NCBI RefSeq assembly: GCF_001735745.1
Contig: NZ_CP017260.1
Coordinates: forward strand, 150,001 to 182,000
Reading direction: 5' to 3'
DNA: 32,000 nt
Source: Formosa sp. Hel1_33_131
GTDB lineage: Bacteria > Bacteroidota > Bacteroidia > Flavobacteriales > Flavobacteriaceae
Both the position numbers and the translations under genes were made by a program. Below, in pieces: positions 19,277-26,835 of the stretch (positions are counted from its first letter, which is position 1; each line of letters opens with the position of its first letter). The notes beneath the pieces were generated by a model, which did no database searches, was not told where the DNA came from, and was given only the letters and a program-made list of their open reading frames with translations.

Positions 19277-20293
19277 ATGAATACAGCAGAAATTTTAGAC
19301 CTTAAAAAAATATTATCCACACCTAAAAAAGTGGTCATTGTCCCTCATAAAAATCCAGATGGAGACGCTATGGGCTCCACTTTAGGATTGTTACATTACC
19401 TTAAAAAATTAGGACATTCGGCAACCGTGATTGCGCCCAATGACTACCCAGAGTTTTTGAAATGGATTTCAGGAACCAAAGAGGTTCTTATATATGAAGA
19501 AGACACTATTGCTTCTGAGGCACTCATTTCCGAAGCTGATCTTATTTTTACTTTAGACTTCAATGCACTACACCGATGTGGTGCGATGGGTACGCCTATT
19601 GAAAATTCAAGTGCCATTAAAATTATGATTGATCATCACCAACAACCGGATGATTATGCGACCTATGTCTATTCTGACGTGAGTATGTGTTCGACTTGCG
19701 AAATGGTGTATCATTTTATCGAAATGATGGGTGATTTAGAGCTGATAGATGTCGCTATTGGAGAAGCATTATATACAGGTATTATGACCGATACTGCTTC
19801 GTTCCGATTTCCGCTAACCACGAGTACTACCCACCGAGTGATTGCACATTTAATTGACGTTGGGGTTGAGAAATCAAACATTCACAACGCGGTGTATGAT
19901 ACCAATAGTTTAGGTCGTCTCCAACTTATGGGCTGTGCCTTAAATAATTTAAGATTTTTAGAAGAATTCCACACTTCTTATATCAGTTTAACCAATAAGG
20001 AATTGGATGCGCATGATTTTCAAAAAGGAGATACGGAAGGCTTGGTGAATTATGGCTTGTCGCTGAAAGGTGCTAAATTTGCCGTCATATTTATTGAACA
20101 CCGTGAAGAAAGTATCATTAAAATCTCATTTCGATCTAAGGGTCCTTTTGATGTAAATGCTTTCGCAAGAACACATTTTAACGGAGGTGGACACAAGAAT
20201 GCGTCTGGCGGACGTAGCAACCTCAATCTTGAAGATACCATTGCAAAATTTATTAGTATATTGTCTGACTATAAATCGGAACTAAATTCATGA
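19277..20293 (+). CDS. nrnA: DHH/DHHA1-family phosphoesterase (NrnA-like oligoribonuclease / pAp phosphatase)
   Basis: NPDGDAMGS, DHH (MIDHHQQP) and GGGHKNASGG motifs are present. I prefer the ATG at 19277 over the track's TTG at 19268. Confidence 0.8.
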   Translation: MNTAEILDLKKILSTPKKVVIVPHKNPDGDAMGSTLGLLHYLKKLGHSATVIAPNDYPEFLKWISGTKEVLIYEEDTIASEALISEADLIFTLDFNALHRCGAMGTPIENSSAIKIMIDHHQQPDDYATYVYSDVSMCSTCEMVYHFIEMMGDLELIDVAIGEALYTGIMTDTASFRFPLTTSTTHRVIAHLIDVGVEKSNIHNAVYDTNSLGRLQLMGCALNNLRFLEEFHTSYISLTNKELDAHDFQKGDTEGLVNYGLSLKGAKFAVIFIEHREESIIKISFRSKGPFDVNAFARTHFNGGGHKNASGGRSNLNLEDTIAKFISILSDYKSELNS

Positions 20294-20823
20294 AGCACCT
20301 TTTGATATTCATATTCACTATTTCAATCTTTACTAGCTGTAAACCTTCGGAAGCGAGACGTCCCATCTCAAACAATTCAGGCTCGTTTATTGACGCCTCG
20401 ATTGAACGTAACAAGCAATTGAACAATAGAGAATATGCGCAGATTGAGGCTTTCATTACAGACTCTGACAAACCTTTTCAATCTTCAGAATATGGGTTTT
20501 GGTATGCCTACAACACTAAAATAGAAACGAATACGCAAACCCCTAAGTTTGGCGATTTAGTACAGTACACCTATGCACTTAAAACTTTAGAGAGACAAGT
20601 CATTTATCCCGTAAAAGAACTAGAAACACAAAGCTATTATATCGACCAACAAGAATTATTTTCTGGATTGAGAGAAGGTTTAAAACTCATGAAAGAAGGC
20701 GAATCGATTACTTTTCTATTTCCATCTCAAAAAGCATATGGCTACTATGGAGATGAGGAGAAAATCGGTAGCAATGTACCGCTCGTTTGCGACGTTTCTT
20801 TATTAAAACTCACCAATAACTAA
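20290..20823 (+). CDS. gldI: FKBP-type peptidyl-prolyl isomerase lipoprotein, GldI-like (gliding motility associated)
   Basis: Lipobox (FTSC) is followed by KPSEARRPISNNSGSF..ERNKQL, which matches my recollection of the Flavobacterium johnsoniae GldI N-terminus. An FKBP C-terminal region is present (LFPSQKAYGYYGD). The start forms an ATGA overlap with the upstream gene. Confidence 0.6.
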   Translation: MKHLLIFIFTISIFTSCKPSEARRPISNNSGSFIDASIERNKQLNNREYAQIEAFITDSDKPFQSSEYGFWYAYNTKIETNTQTPKFGDLVQYTYALKTLERQVIYPVKELETQSYYIDQQELFSGLREGLKLMKEGESITFLFPSQKAYGYYGDEEKIGSNVPLVCDVSLLKLTNN

Positions 20824-20864
20824 CACACTATAATCTATTTAAAACCCAATAAAAATTCAAAAAA

Positions 20865-22040
20865 ATGAAATTCACAAAAGTATTTATCCAATTATTTGCA
20901 GCAGGATTGCTGATTAGTTCCACCAGTTGCCAAGAACAATATCCAGATTTAGGCGATGGTATGTTTGCCGAATTTGTAACGTCTAAAGACACGATCATTA
21001 TACAGTTGTTTTATGACAAAGTGCCATTAACAGTTGCTAATTTTGTAGGTCTTGCTGATGGGACTCACCCTATGTTGCCCGATTCTTTAAAAGGGAAGCC
21101 CTATTATGATGGGACTGTTTTTCACAGAGTGATTGACAACTTTATGATTCAAGGTGGCGACCCCACTGCGACTGGTTCTGGAAGCCCAGGATTCAAATTT
21201 GGAGATGAATTTGACGAAAGTCTAAAACATGACAAACCAGGGATTCTGTCCATGGCCAATTCTGGACCTGCCACCAACGGTAGCCAGTTTTTTATTACCG
21301 AAAAACCAACTCCACACCTTGATAATAGACATTCTGTTTTTGGAGAAGTGGTTAAAGGCTTCTCAGTTGTTGATACCATCTCTAACGTTAAAGTCACTCC
21401 GGGATCTAACAAGCCTTTGGAAGACGTTAAAATATTAAAATTGAACATCATTCGTCAAGGAATGAGCGCCAAAGGATTTGATGCTGTGGACACATGGAAC
21501 ACAGAGCTTCCTTTGTTAGAAGAAAAACGTTTACAAAAACTTGAAGACGCAAAGCAAAAAGCGGAAGAAGCTAAAAAAATTGCGGAAGAAAAAATGGAGA
21601 TGGCTGCCAAAGAAATGGTTCCTGTATTAAATATTTATAAGAGCAAAGCAACACAGCAAACTTCTGGATTACTCGTTTACAACATCACAAAAGGCAACGG
21701 AGTTAAACCAAAAACTGGCAACACAGTTAAGCTTAATTATGAAGGCTATTTTACGGATGGTAAATTATTTGGAACTAACATTAAAACAGTGGATGAAAAA
21801 TGTGGCACATATGACATCCGAAAAGAACAACAAGGTGCTTATAGCGCGATGCCCATGAAAATTGATCCAGAAGCGCAAATGATACCCGGTTTCAAAGAAG
21901 GTGTGTTTGATATGTCTGTAGGAGACAAAACATTCTTATACCTTCCTTCTTATCTTGCTTACGGAGAAAAAGGGCGTGGACCGATCCAACCAAATACAGA
22001 TTTAATGTTTATTATTGAAATGCTAGAAATTGCTGAATAA
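20865..22040 (+). CDS. dual-domain peptidyl-prolyl isomerase lipoprotein (N-terminal cyclophilin + C-terminal FKBP)
   Basis: Lipobox (SSTSC) is present. The cyclophilin core has FHRVIDNFMIQGGDP and SMANSGPATNGSQFFIT. A Lys/Glu-rich linker follows. The FKBP domain has VKLNYEGYFTDGKLF and IPGFKEGV..GDK..LYLPSYLAYGEKG. Confidence 0.88.
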   Translation: MKFTKVFIQLFAAGLLISSTSCQEQYPDLGDGMFAEFVTSKDTIIIQLFYDKVPLTVANFVGLADGTHPMLPDSLKGKPYYDGTVFHRVIDNFMIQGGDPTATGSGSPGFKFGDEFDESLKHDKPGILSMANSGPATNGSQFFITEKPTPHLDNRHSVFGEVVKGFSVVDTISNVKVTPGSNKPLEDVKILKLNIIRQGMSAKGFDAVDTWNTELPLLEEKRLQKLEDAKQKAEEAKKIAEEKMEMAAKEMVPVLNIYKSKATQQTSGLLVYNITKGNGVKPKTGNTVKLNYEGYFTDGKLFGTNIKTVDEKCGTYDIRKEQQGAYSAMPMKIDPEAQMIPGFKEGVFDMSVGDKTFLYLPSYLAYGEKGRGPIQPNTDLMFIIEMLEIAE

Positions 22041-22059
22041 TTTTCAATTACAATAAAAC

Positions 22060-22204
22060 AAAAGAGGCTGTTTAAAAAGACTCTGCTTTGTCAATCTGAA
22101 CCTGCCTACCGTCAGAAAATTCTGCCTGACGGTAGGCAGGTTCATTTCAGATTCTGAAACAAGTTCAGAATGACAGAAATTCTACTTTTTAGACGACCTC
22201 TTTT
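22060..22204. repeat. 145-bp nested palindromic element between convergent genes
   Basis: Outer 20-nt inverted repeat AAAAGAGGCTGTTTAAAAAG (22060-22079) versus the reverse complement of 22185-22204 (17/20 match). Inside it is a perfect 18-bp GC-rich stem (22098-22115 / 22126-22143, 10-nt loop). An 8-bp stem ATTCTGAA/TTCAGAAT (22151-22158 / 22164-22171) is also inside. Confidence 0.8.
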
Positions 22205-22221
22205 ATGGGGTAAAATGAGTG

Positions 22222-23682
22222 TTATACTTTTGGAATCTCTTTTAAAATCTCTAAAACAAAGACCCAAAATTTCTGAACAGAAGAAATCTGAGCGCGTTCA
22301 TCAGGAGAATGCGCCCCTCTGATATTCGGTCCAAAACTGATCATTTCCATATCGGGATAATTCGTTCCTAAAAGACCGCATTCTAAACCGGCATGACAGG
22401 CCGCTACATGTGGTTTTTCGTTGTATAGTTTTTCGTATAAAGATCTCAATACTTTCAAAATAGATGAATCCATATCGGGTTCCCAACCTGGGTAATCCCC
22501 TGAAAGCTCTACCTCGCAGCCAATAAGCTCAAAGGTTGCACGCAACATCATTGCTAAATCCATTTTAGAGGATTCCACAGAAGAACGTGTGAGGCAGCCT
22601 ATTTTGACATTTCCTCCTTTGATAATGACACGGGCAATATTATTAGATGTTTCTACCAATTCAGGAATGTCGGGACTCATGCGGTACACGCCATTCCACG
22701 CAGCATAAATAGCCCTTGTTAACCCTTCTTGAACACCCAAGTCCATCATCACTTTTGGCGTGTCAATTTTAGTAAACTCAACCGTTAAATCTGGTTCCAT
22801 TGTTTTGAGTTCTGTCTGAATCGCTTCAACTTGTAGGCCCATTTCGTACTTAAAAGCATCTTCTTGTACTAGGTCTATCGACACAATTGCTTTGCTCTCC
22901 CTAGGAATCGCGTTGCGTAAACTTCCACCATCAATTTCAGATATTCGCAATCCGAAATTTTCAAAGGCATCAAATAACAAACGGTTCATTATTTTATTGG
23001 CATTCCCAAACCCTTTATGAATATCCATCCCTGAATGTCCCCCTTGCAATCCTTTAACTTCTATGGAATAGCCTATTTTGGTTTCAGGAGTTGGTTCTTC
23101 GTTATACGTCCCTACGGCGGTGACATCAATGCCTCCGGCACAGCCCACGCCAATTTCGTCATCATCTTCGGTATCTAGGTTTAAAAGAATTTCTCCTTTT
23201 AACAAGCCTCCTTTTAGACCCATCGCACCTGTCATGCCAGTTTCTTCATCAATCGTAAACAAGGCTTCAATAGCAGGGTGTGGAATGTCGGTACTTTCTA
23301 AAATTGCCATAATGGTTGCGACGCCTAAGCCGTTATCGGCTCCTAGAGTCGTTCCATTTGCTTTGACCCAATCCCCATCAACAATCATCTCAATACCTTG
23401 GGTTAAAAAATCAAAATCAGTATCACTGTTTTTCTGATGTACCATATCTAAATGTGATTGCATGACAATGGCTTTTCGGTCTTCCATGCCTGCTGTGGCT
23501 GGTTTTTTGATGATCACATTCCCTACCGTATCTTCTACGGTTTCAAGGTTTAGATTTTTCCCAAAATCTTTCATAAATGCAATGACGCGTTCTTCTTTTT
23601 TAGAAGGACGGGGCACGGCATTCAAATCTGCAAATTTGTTCCAAACTGCTTTGGGTTCCAGTTTACGAATGTCTTGGCTCAT
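22222..23682 (-). CDS. pepD: aminoacyl-histidine dipeptidase (M20C, PepD)
   Basis: From the ATG at 23682 the protein is 486 aa, the usual PepD length, and starts MSQDIRKLEPKAVWNKFADLNAVPRPSKKEE. M20 metal-binding motifs are present (HLDMV, GADNG, DEETGM). The longer track ORF would run into the divergent gene and through the promoter box. Confidence 0.9.
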   Translation of the reverse strand: MSQDIRKLEPKAVWNKFADLNAVPRPSKKEERVIAFMKDFGKNLNLETVEDTVGNVIIKKPATAGMEDRKAIVMQSHLDMVHQKNSDTDFDFLTQGIEMIVDGDWVKANGTTLGADNGLGVATIMAILESTDIPHPAIEALFTIDEETGMTGAMGLKGGLLKGEILLNLDTEDDDEIGVGCAGGIDVTAVGTYNEEPTPETKIGYSIEVKGLQGGHSGMDIHKGFGNANKIMNRLLFDAFENFGLRISEIDGGSLRNAIPRESKAIVSIDLVQEDAFKYEMGLQVEAIQTELKTMEPDLTVEFTKIDTPKVMMDLGVQEGLTRAIYAAWNGVYRMSPDIPELVETSNNIARVIIKGGNVKIGCLTRSSVESSKMDLAMMLRATFELIGCEVELSGDYPGWEPDMDSSILKVLRSLYEKLYNEKPHVAACHAGLECGLLGTNYPDMEMISFGPNIRGAHSPDERAQISSVQKFWVFVLEILKEIPKV

Positions 23683-23705
23683 AATAGATATATTTTTTTG
23701 TTGCA

Positions 23706-23713
23706 CAAAGGTA
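23706..23713 (-). promoter_or_regulatory. '-7' box TACCTTTG for pepD
   Basis: Exact TAnnTTTG match on the minus strand, 23 nt upstream of the ATG at 23682. Confidence 0.4.
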
Positions 23714-23745
23714 CGGATTCCTTCCCGATCATAAATTAAAATTAT

Positions 23746-23753
23746 TACTTTTG
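23746..23753 (+). promoter_or_regulatory. '-7' box TACTTTTG for the DUF3810 gene
   Basis: Exact TAnnTTTG match that ends 4 nt before the ATG at 23758 (1 nt before the GTG at 23755). Confidence 0.35.
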
Positions 23754-23757
23754 AGTG

Positions 23758-24816
23758 ATGTCTAAAAAAGGGAAAATCATTCTTGCGTTGAGTTTGCTGC
23801 CTCAATACTTTCTTCTAAAAGTAGCGAAGCAGTATCCTGAATTTATCGAGGCCTATTATAGTATGGGTATTTTTCCTGCACTCTCAAAACTACTAAACAC
23901 AGCTTTTAAATGGATTCCCTTTTCTGTGGGCGATCTGTTGTACATCGCCTTGATTGTTTATGTGATTCGTTGGGCGATTGTCAATTGGAAACGTCTCAGA
24001 ACAGATCCCAAAGCGTGGGGTTTGGATGTGTTATCTTTTGTGTCCCTTCTCTATTTCATGTTTCATTTGTGTTGGGGGTTTAATTATTACCGAGTGCCTT
24101 TACATACGACACTCAATTTAAATCCAAAATATACCACGGCTCAATTAAAATCGGTTACCAACCAACTGGTTTTAAAAACGAATGCACTGCACTTTGCGAT
24201 CACACAAGATTCTTTATTAAAAACGACCCTCCCCTATGCATTTTCTGAACTGACTGAAATCAGTCAAACGGGTTATTCTCAATTAGAAAAGGTGTATCCA
24301 AATTTTAAACACGACGGCAAAAACAGTAAGAAATCACTATTTAGTACGCCCTTGACGTATATGGGGTTTAGTGGCTATGTGAACCCATTGACGCTAGAAG
24401 CGCACATCAATGCTGTAATGCCTGCCAATTCTATGCCGACTACGATTGCGCACGAACAAGCGCATCAGTTGGGCTATGCGGCAGAGAACGAAGCTAATTT
24501 TATTGGATTTTTGGCGAGCATCCATAATGAAGACCCCTATTTCAACTATGCAGGTTATAAATTTGCGTTGCGCTATTGTTTAATAGAATTATCTAAAAGG
24601 GATCCGGATGCCTACGACTCTGTTTTATGCACGATCAACCCTGGTATCTTAGAAGATTATCAGGAAGCGTTTGACTTCTGGAGTGCTTATAACAACCCTC
24701 TGGAACCTATTTTCAAAAAGTTTTACAGCCATTTCTTAAAGGCAAACAACCAAGTCAAAGGCATTGAGAGTTATAGCTATGTGGTGGCGCTTTTGGTGGA
24801 TTATTTGGAGGATTAA
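23758..24816 (+). CDS. DUF3810-family membrane protein with an HExxH zinc-metalloprotease motif
   Basis: About 352 aa with N-terminal TM helices and TIAHEQAHQLGYAAENEANF (HExxH plus a downstream E). The start is either the ATG at 23758 or the GTG at 23755 used by the track. Confidence 0.75.
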   Translation: MSKKGKIILALSLLPQYFLLKVAKQYPEFIEAYYSMGIFPALSKLLNTAFKWIPFSVGDLLYIALIVYVIRWAIVNWKRLRTDPKAWGLDVLSFVSLLYFMFHLCWGFNYYRVPLHTTLNLNPKYTTAQLKSVTNQLVLKTNALHFAITQDSLLKTTLPYAFSELTEISQTGYSQLEKVYPNFKHDGKNSKKSLFSTPLTYMGFSGYVNPLTLEAHINAVMPANSMPTTIAHEQAHQLGYAAENEANFIGFLASIHNEDPYFNYAGYKFALRYCLIELSKRDPDAYDSVLCTINPGILEDYQEAFDFWSAYNNPLEPIFKKFYSHFLKANNQVKGIESYSYVVALLVDYLED

Positions 24817-24856
24817 AAATTAAGCTAATAAAACCACTACACTACCACACCCCTCC

Positions 24857-24890
24857 AAAAAAAATAGCTTGAATCAAAAGACCCAAGCTA
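24857..24890 (-). terminator. rho-independent terminator of acidic lipoprotein gene 1
   Basis: Minus-strand RNA reads UAGCUUGGGUC-UUUU-GAUUCAAGCUA. This is an 11-bp stem including two G-U pairs, followed by U8 (A8 on the plus strand at 24857-24864). On the plus strand the two wobble positions become A-C mismatches. Confidence 0.7.
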
Positions 24891-24918
24891 CTTTGTTTAA
24901 ACTGTAAAATATTATTAC

Positions 24919-25800
24919 TTACTCACAACTTTCATAGAGAGCGTCAAGCTCTTCGTCACTGTTAGCAGTTTGTTGAGAACCATCTTCAAACTCTACTGTA
25001 ATTGGGTAAGAAATTATGAAAGAATCTTGTTCTGTAAGCTGACTTAAAAACTCCATAAGTCCATCGTAACCATTAAAGGTTTCTACAGTTCCGTTGCCTG
25101 AAACCAAAGAGAATGGAAATACAATTTCAAAACATTGCTCTTCACAGTCATCACAATCTTCAATGTCATAACAATCGTTATAAAGTGTATCAAATTCTTG
25201 AGGACTGTTTACAGTTGCCTGAGTTCCATCCGTTAAAGTCACTGAGATTGGATATACAAATCCTACAAATTCAAAATTATACAAATCTTGTTCAGAATTT
25301 ACAACGACTTCATTTCCGTCATAATCAAGAGCGGTTAGAGGGTAATTCAGTTCAAAACATTCATCGTTATAATCATCATCGTCGTCATGATCAAAATCAT
25401 AACAATCATCTAATAACATTTCTAACTCTTCGTACGAAGAAATGGTTTGCTGAGTTCCGTCCGACATGGTAACATCAAAAGGCACTTCAATATAAACTTC
25501 TGATTCATTTGTTAAGTTTTCTAAGAAAGCTTCTACATCTTCATCACTATTGAAGGTCGTACTGGTTTCTCCATCGGAAACAGTGTAAGGATAGTTGATG
25601 ATAAAACACTCTCCTTCTTCAACATAATCAGATTCTTGGTTTGAAGTTGTAGCTGTTCTGGCGCTATTAAATAAGTTTGTCATTAATTCAGTAGAAACAC
25701 CTTCTTCAATCTCTTCAGCTATAACCTCTTCATTATTGTCTTTGCTACAAGCACTAAATAGAAGCAAAAAAACAAGTGATAATTTTAATAAATATTTCAT
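24919..25800 (-). CDS. hyper-acidic cysteine-framed repeat lipoprotein, paralog 1 (unknown family)
   Basis: 293 aa with a signal peptide and lipobox (LFSAC), then SKDNNEE. By my count the mature part has 32 D and 40 E versus 1 K and 1 R. Three modules are bounded by Cys residues: C65-C133, C148-C210 and C223-C292. Confidence 0.8.
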   Translation of the reverse strand: MKYLLKLSLVFLLLFSACSKDNNEEVIAEEIEEGVSTELMTNLFNSARTATTSNQESDYVEEGECFIINYPYTVSDGETSTTFNSDEDVEAFLENLTNESEVYIEVPFDVTMSDGTQQTISSYEELEMLLDDCYDFDHDDDDDYNDECFELNYPLTALDYDGNEVVVNSEQDLYNFEFVGFVYPISVTLTDGTQATVNSPQEFDTLYNDCYDIEDCDDCEEQCFEIVFPFSLVSGNGTVETFNGYDGLMEFLSQLTEQDSFIISYPITVEFEDGSQQTANSDEELDALYESCE

Positions 25801-25905
25801 TCTTAAAAGTTTATGGTTAATTAATTTTTAATAATCAGCAATTTAATAAATATTTAATTGTAAGACACACATAATAAAAAAAATGATTTTTATGTTTCAC
25901 TTAAC

Positions 25906-25936
25906 AAAAATAGCTTGGATCAAATGATCCAAGCTA
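25906..25936 (-). terminator. rho-independent terminator of acidic lipoprotein gene 2
   Basis: Perfect 11-bp stem TAGCTTGGATC / GATCCAAGCTA (25911-25921 / 25926-25936) with a 4-nt loop. It is flanked by A5 (U5 on the minus strand) and T4. It is homologous to the terminator at 24857-24890. Confidence 0.75.
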
Positions 25937-25968
25937 TTTTATGAAATTAAATATACTTGCCAATATTT

Positions 25969-26835
25969 TTACTCACAATCCTCATATAAAGCAACAAGTT
26001 CTTCATCACTATTAACTGATTGCTGAGATCCATCTTCAAACTCCACTGTAATAGGATAAGAAATCACAAACGTATCATCCTCAGTAAGACCGCTTAAAAA
26101 GTCCCAAAGATCATCGTAATCATTTATGGTTTCTAAATTACCATCATTTACAACAAAAGAGAATGGGAATACGATTTCAAAACATACATAATCACAGTCA
26201 TCACAATCTTCGATGCCATAACAGTCATTATAAAGAGCGTCAAAGTCTTGGGAGTTGTTTACAGTCACTTGAGTTCCATCTGTTAAAGTTACAGAAATAG
26301 GATATACAAATCCTGTAAACTCAAAAGAAAATAATTCTTGTTCAGAATTAACAGTCACTTCATTTCCATCAGAATCATGAGCTGTTAGGGGAAAATCCAG
26401 TTCAAAACATGAATCAGAAGGACCTTGGTCACCACCATAACATGAATCTATTAACATAAAAAACTCATCGAAAGTCGTAATGGTTTGTTGAGTGCCATCA
26501 GCTAAAGTAACATCAAAAGGGACCTCAATAGAGATTGCTGAATTTCCTGTTAAACTTGATAAATAAGCTTCTAATTCTTCATCACTATTAACCGTTGTAC
26601 TCGTTTGTCCATCCGAAATAGAGTAAGGATAGTTGATGACAAAACACTCTCCGTCTTCCAGATAATCAGATTCTTGATTCGAAGTTCTAGCACTGAACGC
26701 ACTATTTGTTAAGTTTGTAATTAATTCCGTAGAAACACCTTCCTCTTTAACTTCTGGTGTGATCTCGTCGTTGTCTTTGCTACATGAACTTAATATCAAC
26801 AAAAAAACAAGTGATAATTTTAATAAATTTTTCAT
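25969..26835 (-). CDS. hyper-acidic cysteine-framed repeat lipoprotein, paralog 2 (unknown family)
   Basis: 288 aa with lipobox LSSC, then SKDNDE. It is about 70% identical to paralog 1 by eye, and all 8 mature Cys align. It has the same three-module layout. Confidence 0.8.
   Translation of the reverse strand: MKNLLKLSLVFLLILSSCSKDNDEITPEVKEEGVSTELITNLTNSAFSARTSNQESDYLEDGECFVINYPYSISDGQTSTTVNSDEELEAYLSSLTGNSAISIEVPFDVTLADGTQQTITTFDEFFMLIDSCYGGDQGPSDSCFELDFPLTAHDSDGNEVTVNSEQELFSFEFTGFVYPISVTLTDGTQVTVNNSQDFDALYNDCYGIEDCDDCDYVCFEIVFPFSFVVNDGNLETINDYDDLWDFLSGLTEDDTFVISYPITVEFEDGSQQSVNSDEELVALYEDCE

Larger units (their letters stand above)
24857..26835 (-). repeat. tandem gene duplication (two ~1.05-kb units: lipoprotein CDS plus its terminator)
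   Basis: The CDSs align at the DNA level end to end. The signal-peptide region is almost identical (TTATTAAAATTATCACTTGTTTTTTTG...). The downstream hairpins are homologous. The offset between stop codons is 1050 bp. Confidence 0.8.

Noticed and set aside
23078-23734. Plus-strand ORFs of 119 and 90 aa antisense to pepD, plus similar small antisense ORFs elsewhere (6714-6896, 8529-8741, 9400-9728, 12396-12638, 16196-16378, 16681-16893, 17035-17241, 20050-20471, 21149-21451, 22301-22486)
   Set aside because: They are shadow ORFs inside longer genes that have clear family motifs.
23683-23805. A 41-codon N-terminal extension of pepD
   Set aside because: It would overlap the divergent DUF3810 gene and run through both predicted promoter boxes. 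The ATG at 23682 gives the usual PepD length and N-terminus.
25113-25472. A 119-aa His/Gln/Asn-rich plus-strand ORF antisense to acidic lipoprotein gene 1
   Set aside because: It is a compositional artefact, because the antisense of GAT/GAA-rich coding sequence stays open. The paralogous gene 2 has no equivalent antisense ORF in the track, so it is not conserved.
25893-25900. parS-like half site TGTTTCAC, together with GTGAAACA at 17994-18001
   Set aside because: Each is only half of the 16-bp TGTTTCACGTGAAACA palindrome, and the partner halves do not match. By eye I found no full parS in or near parAB. A systematic pattern scan is still needed.
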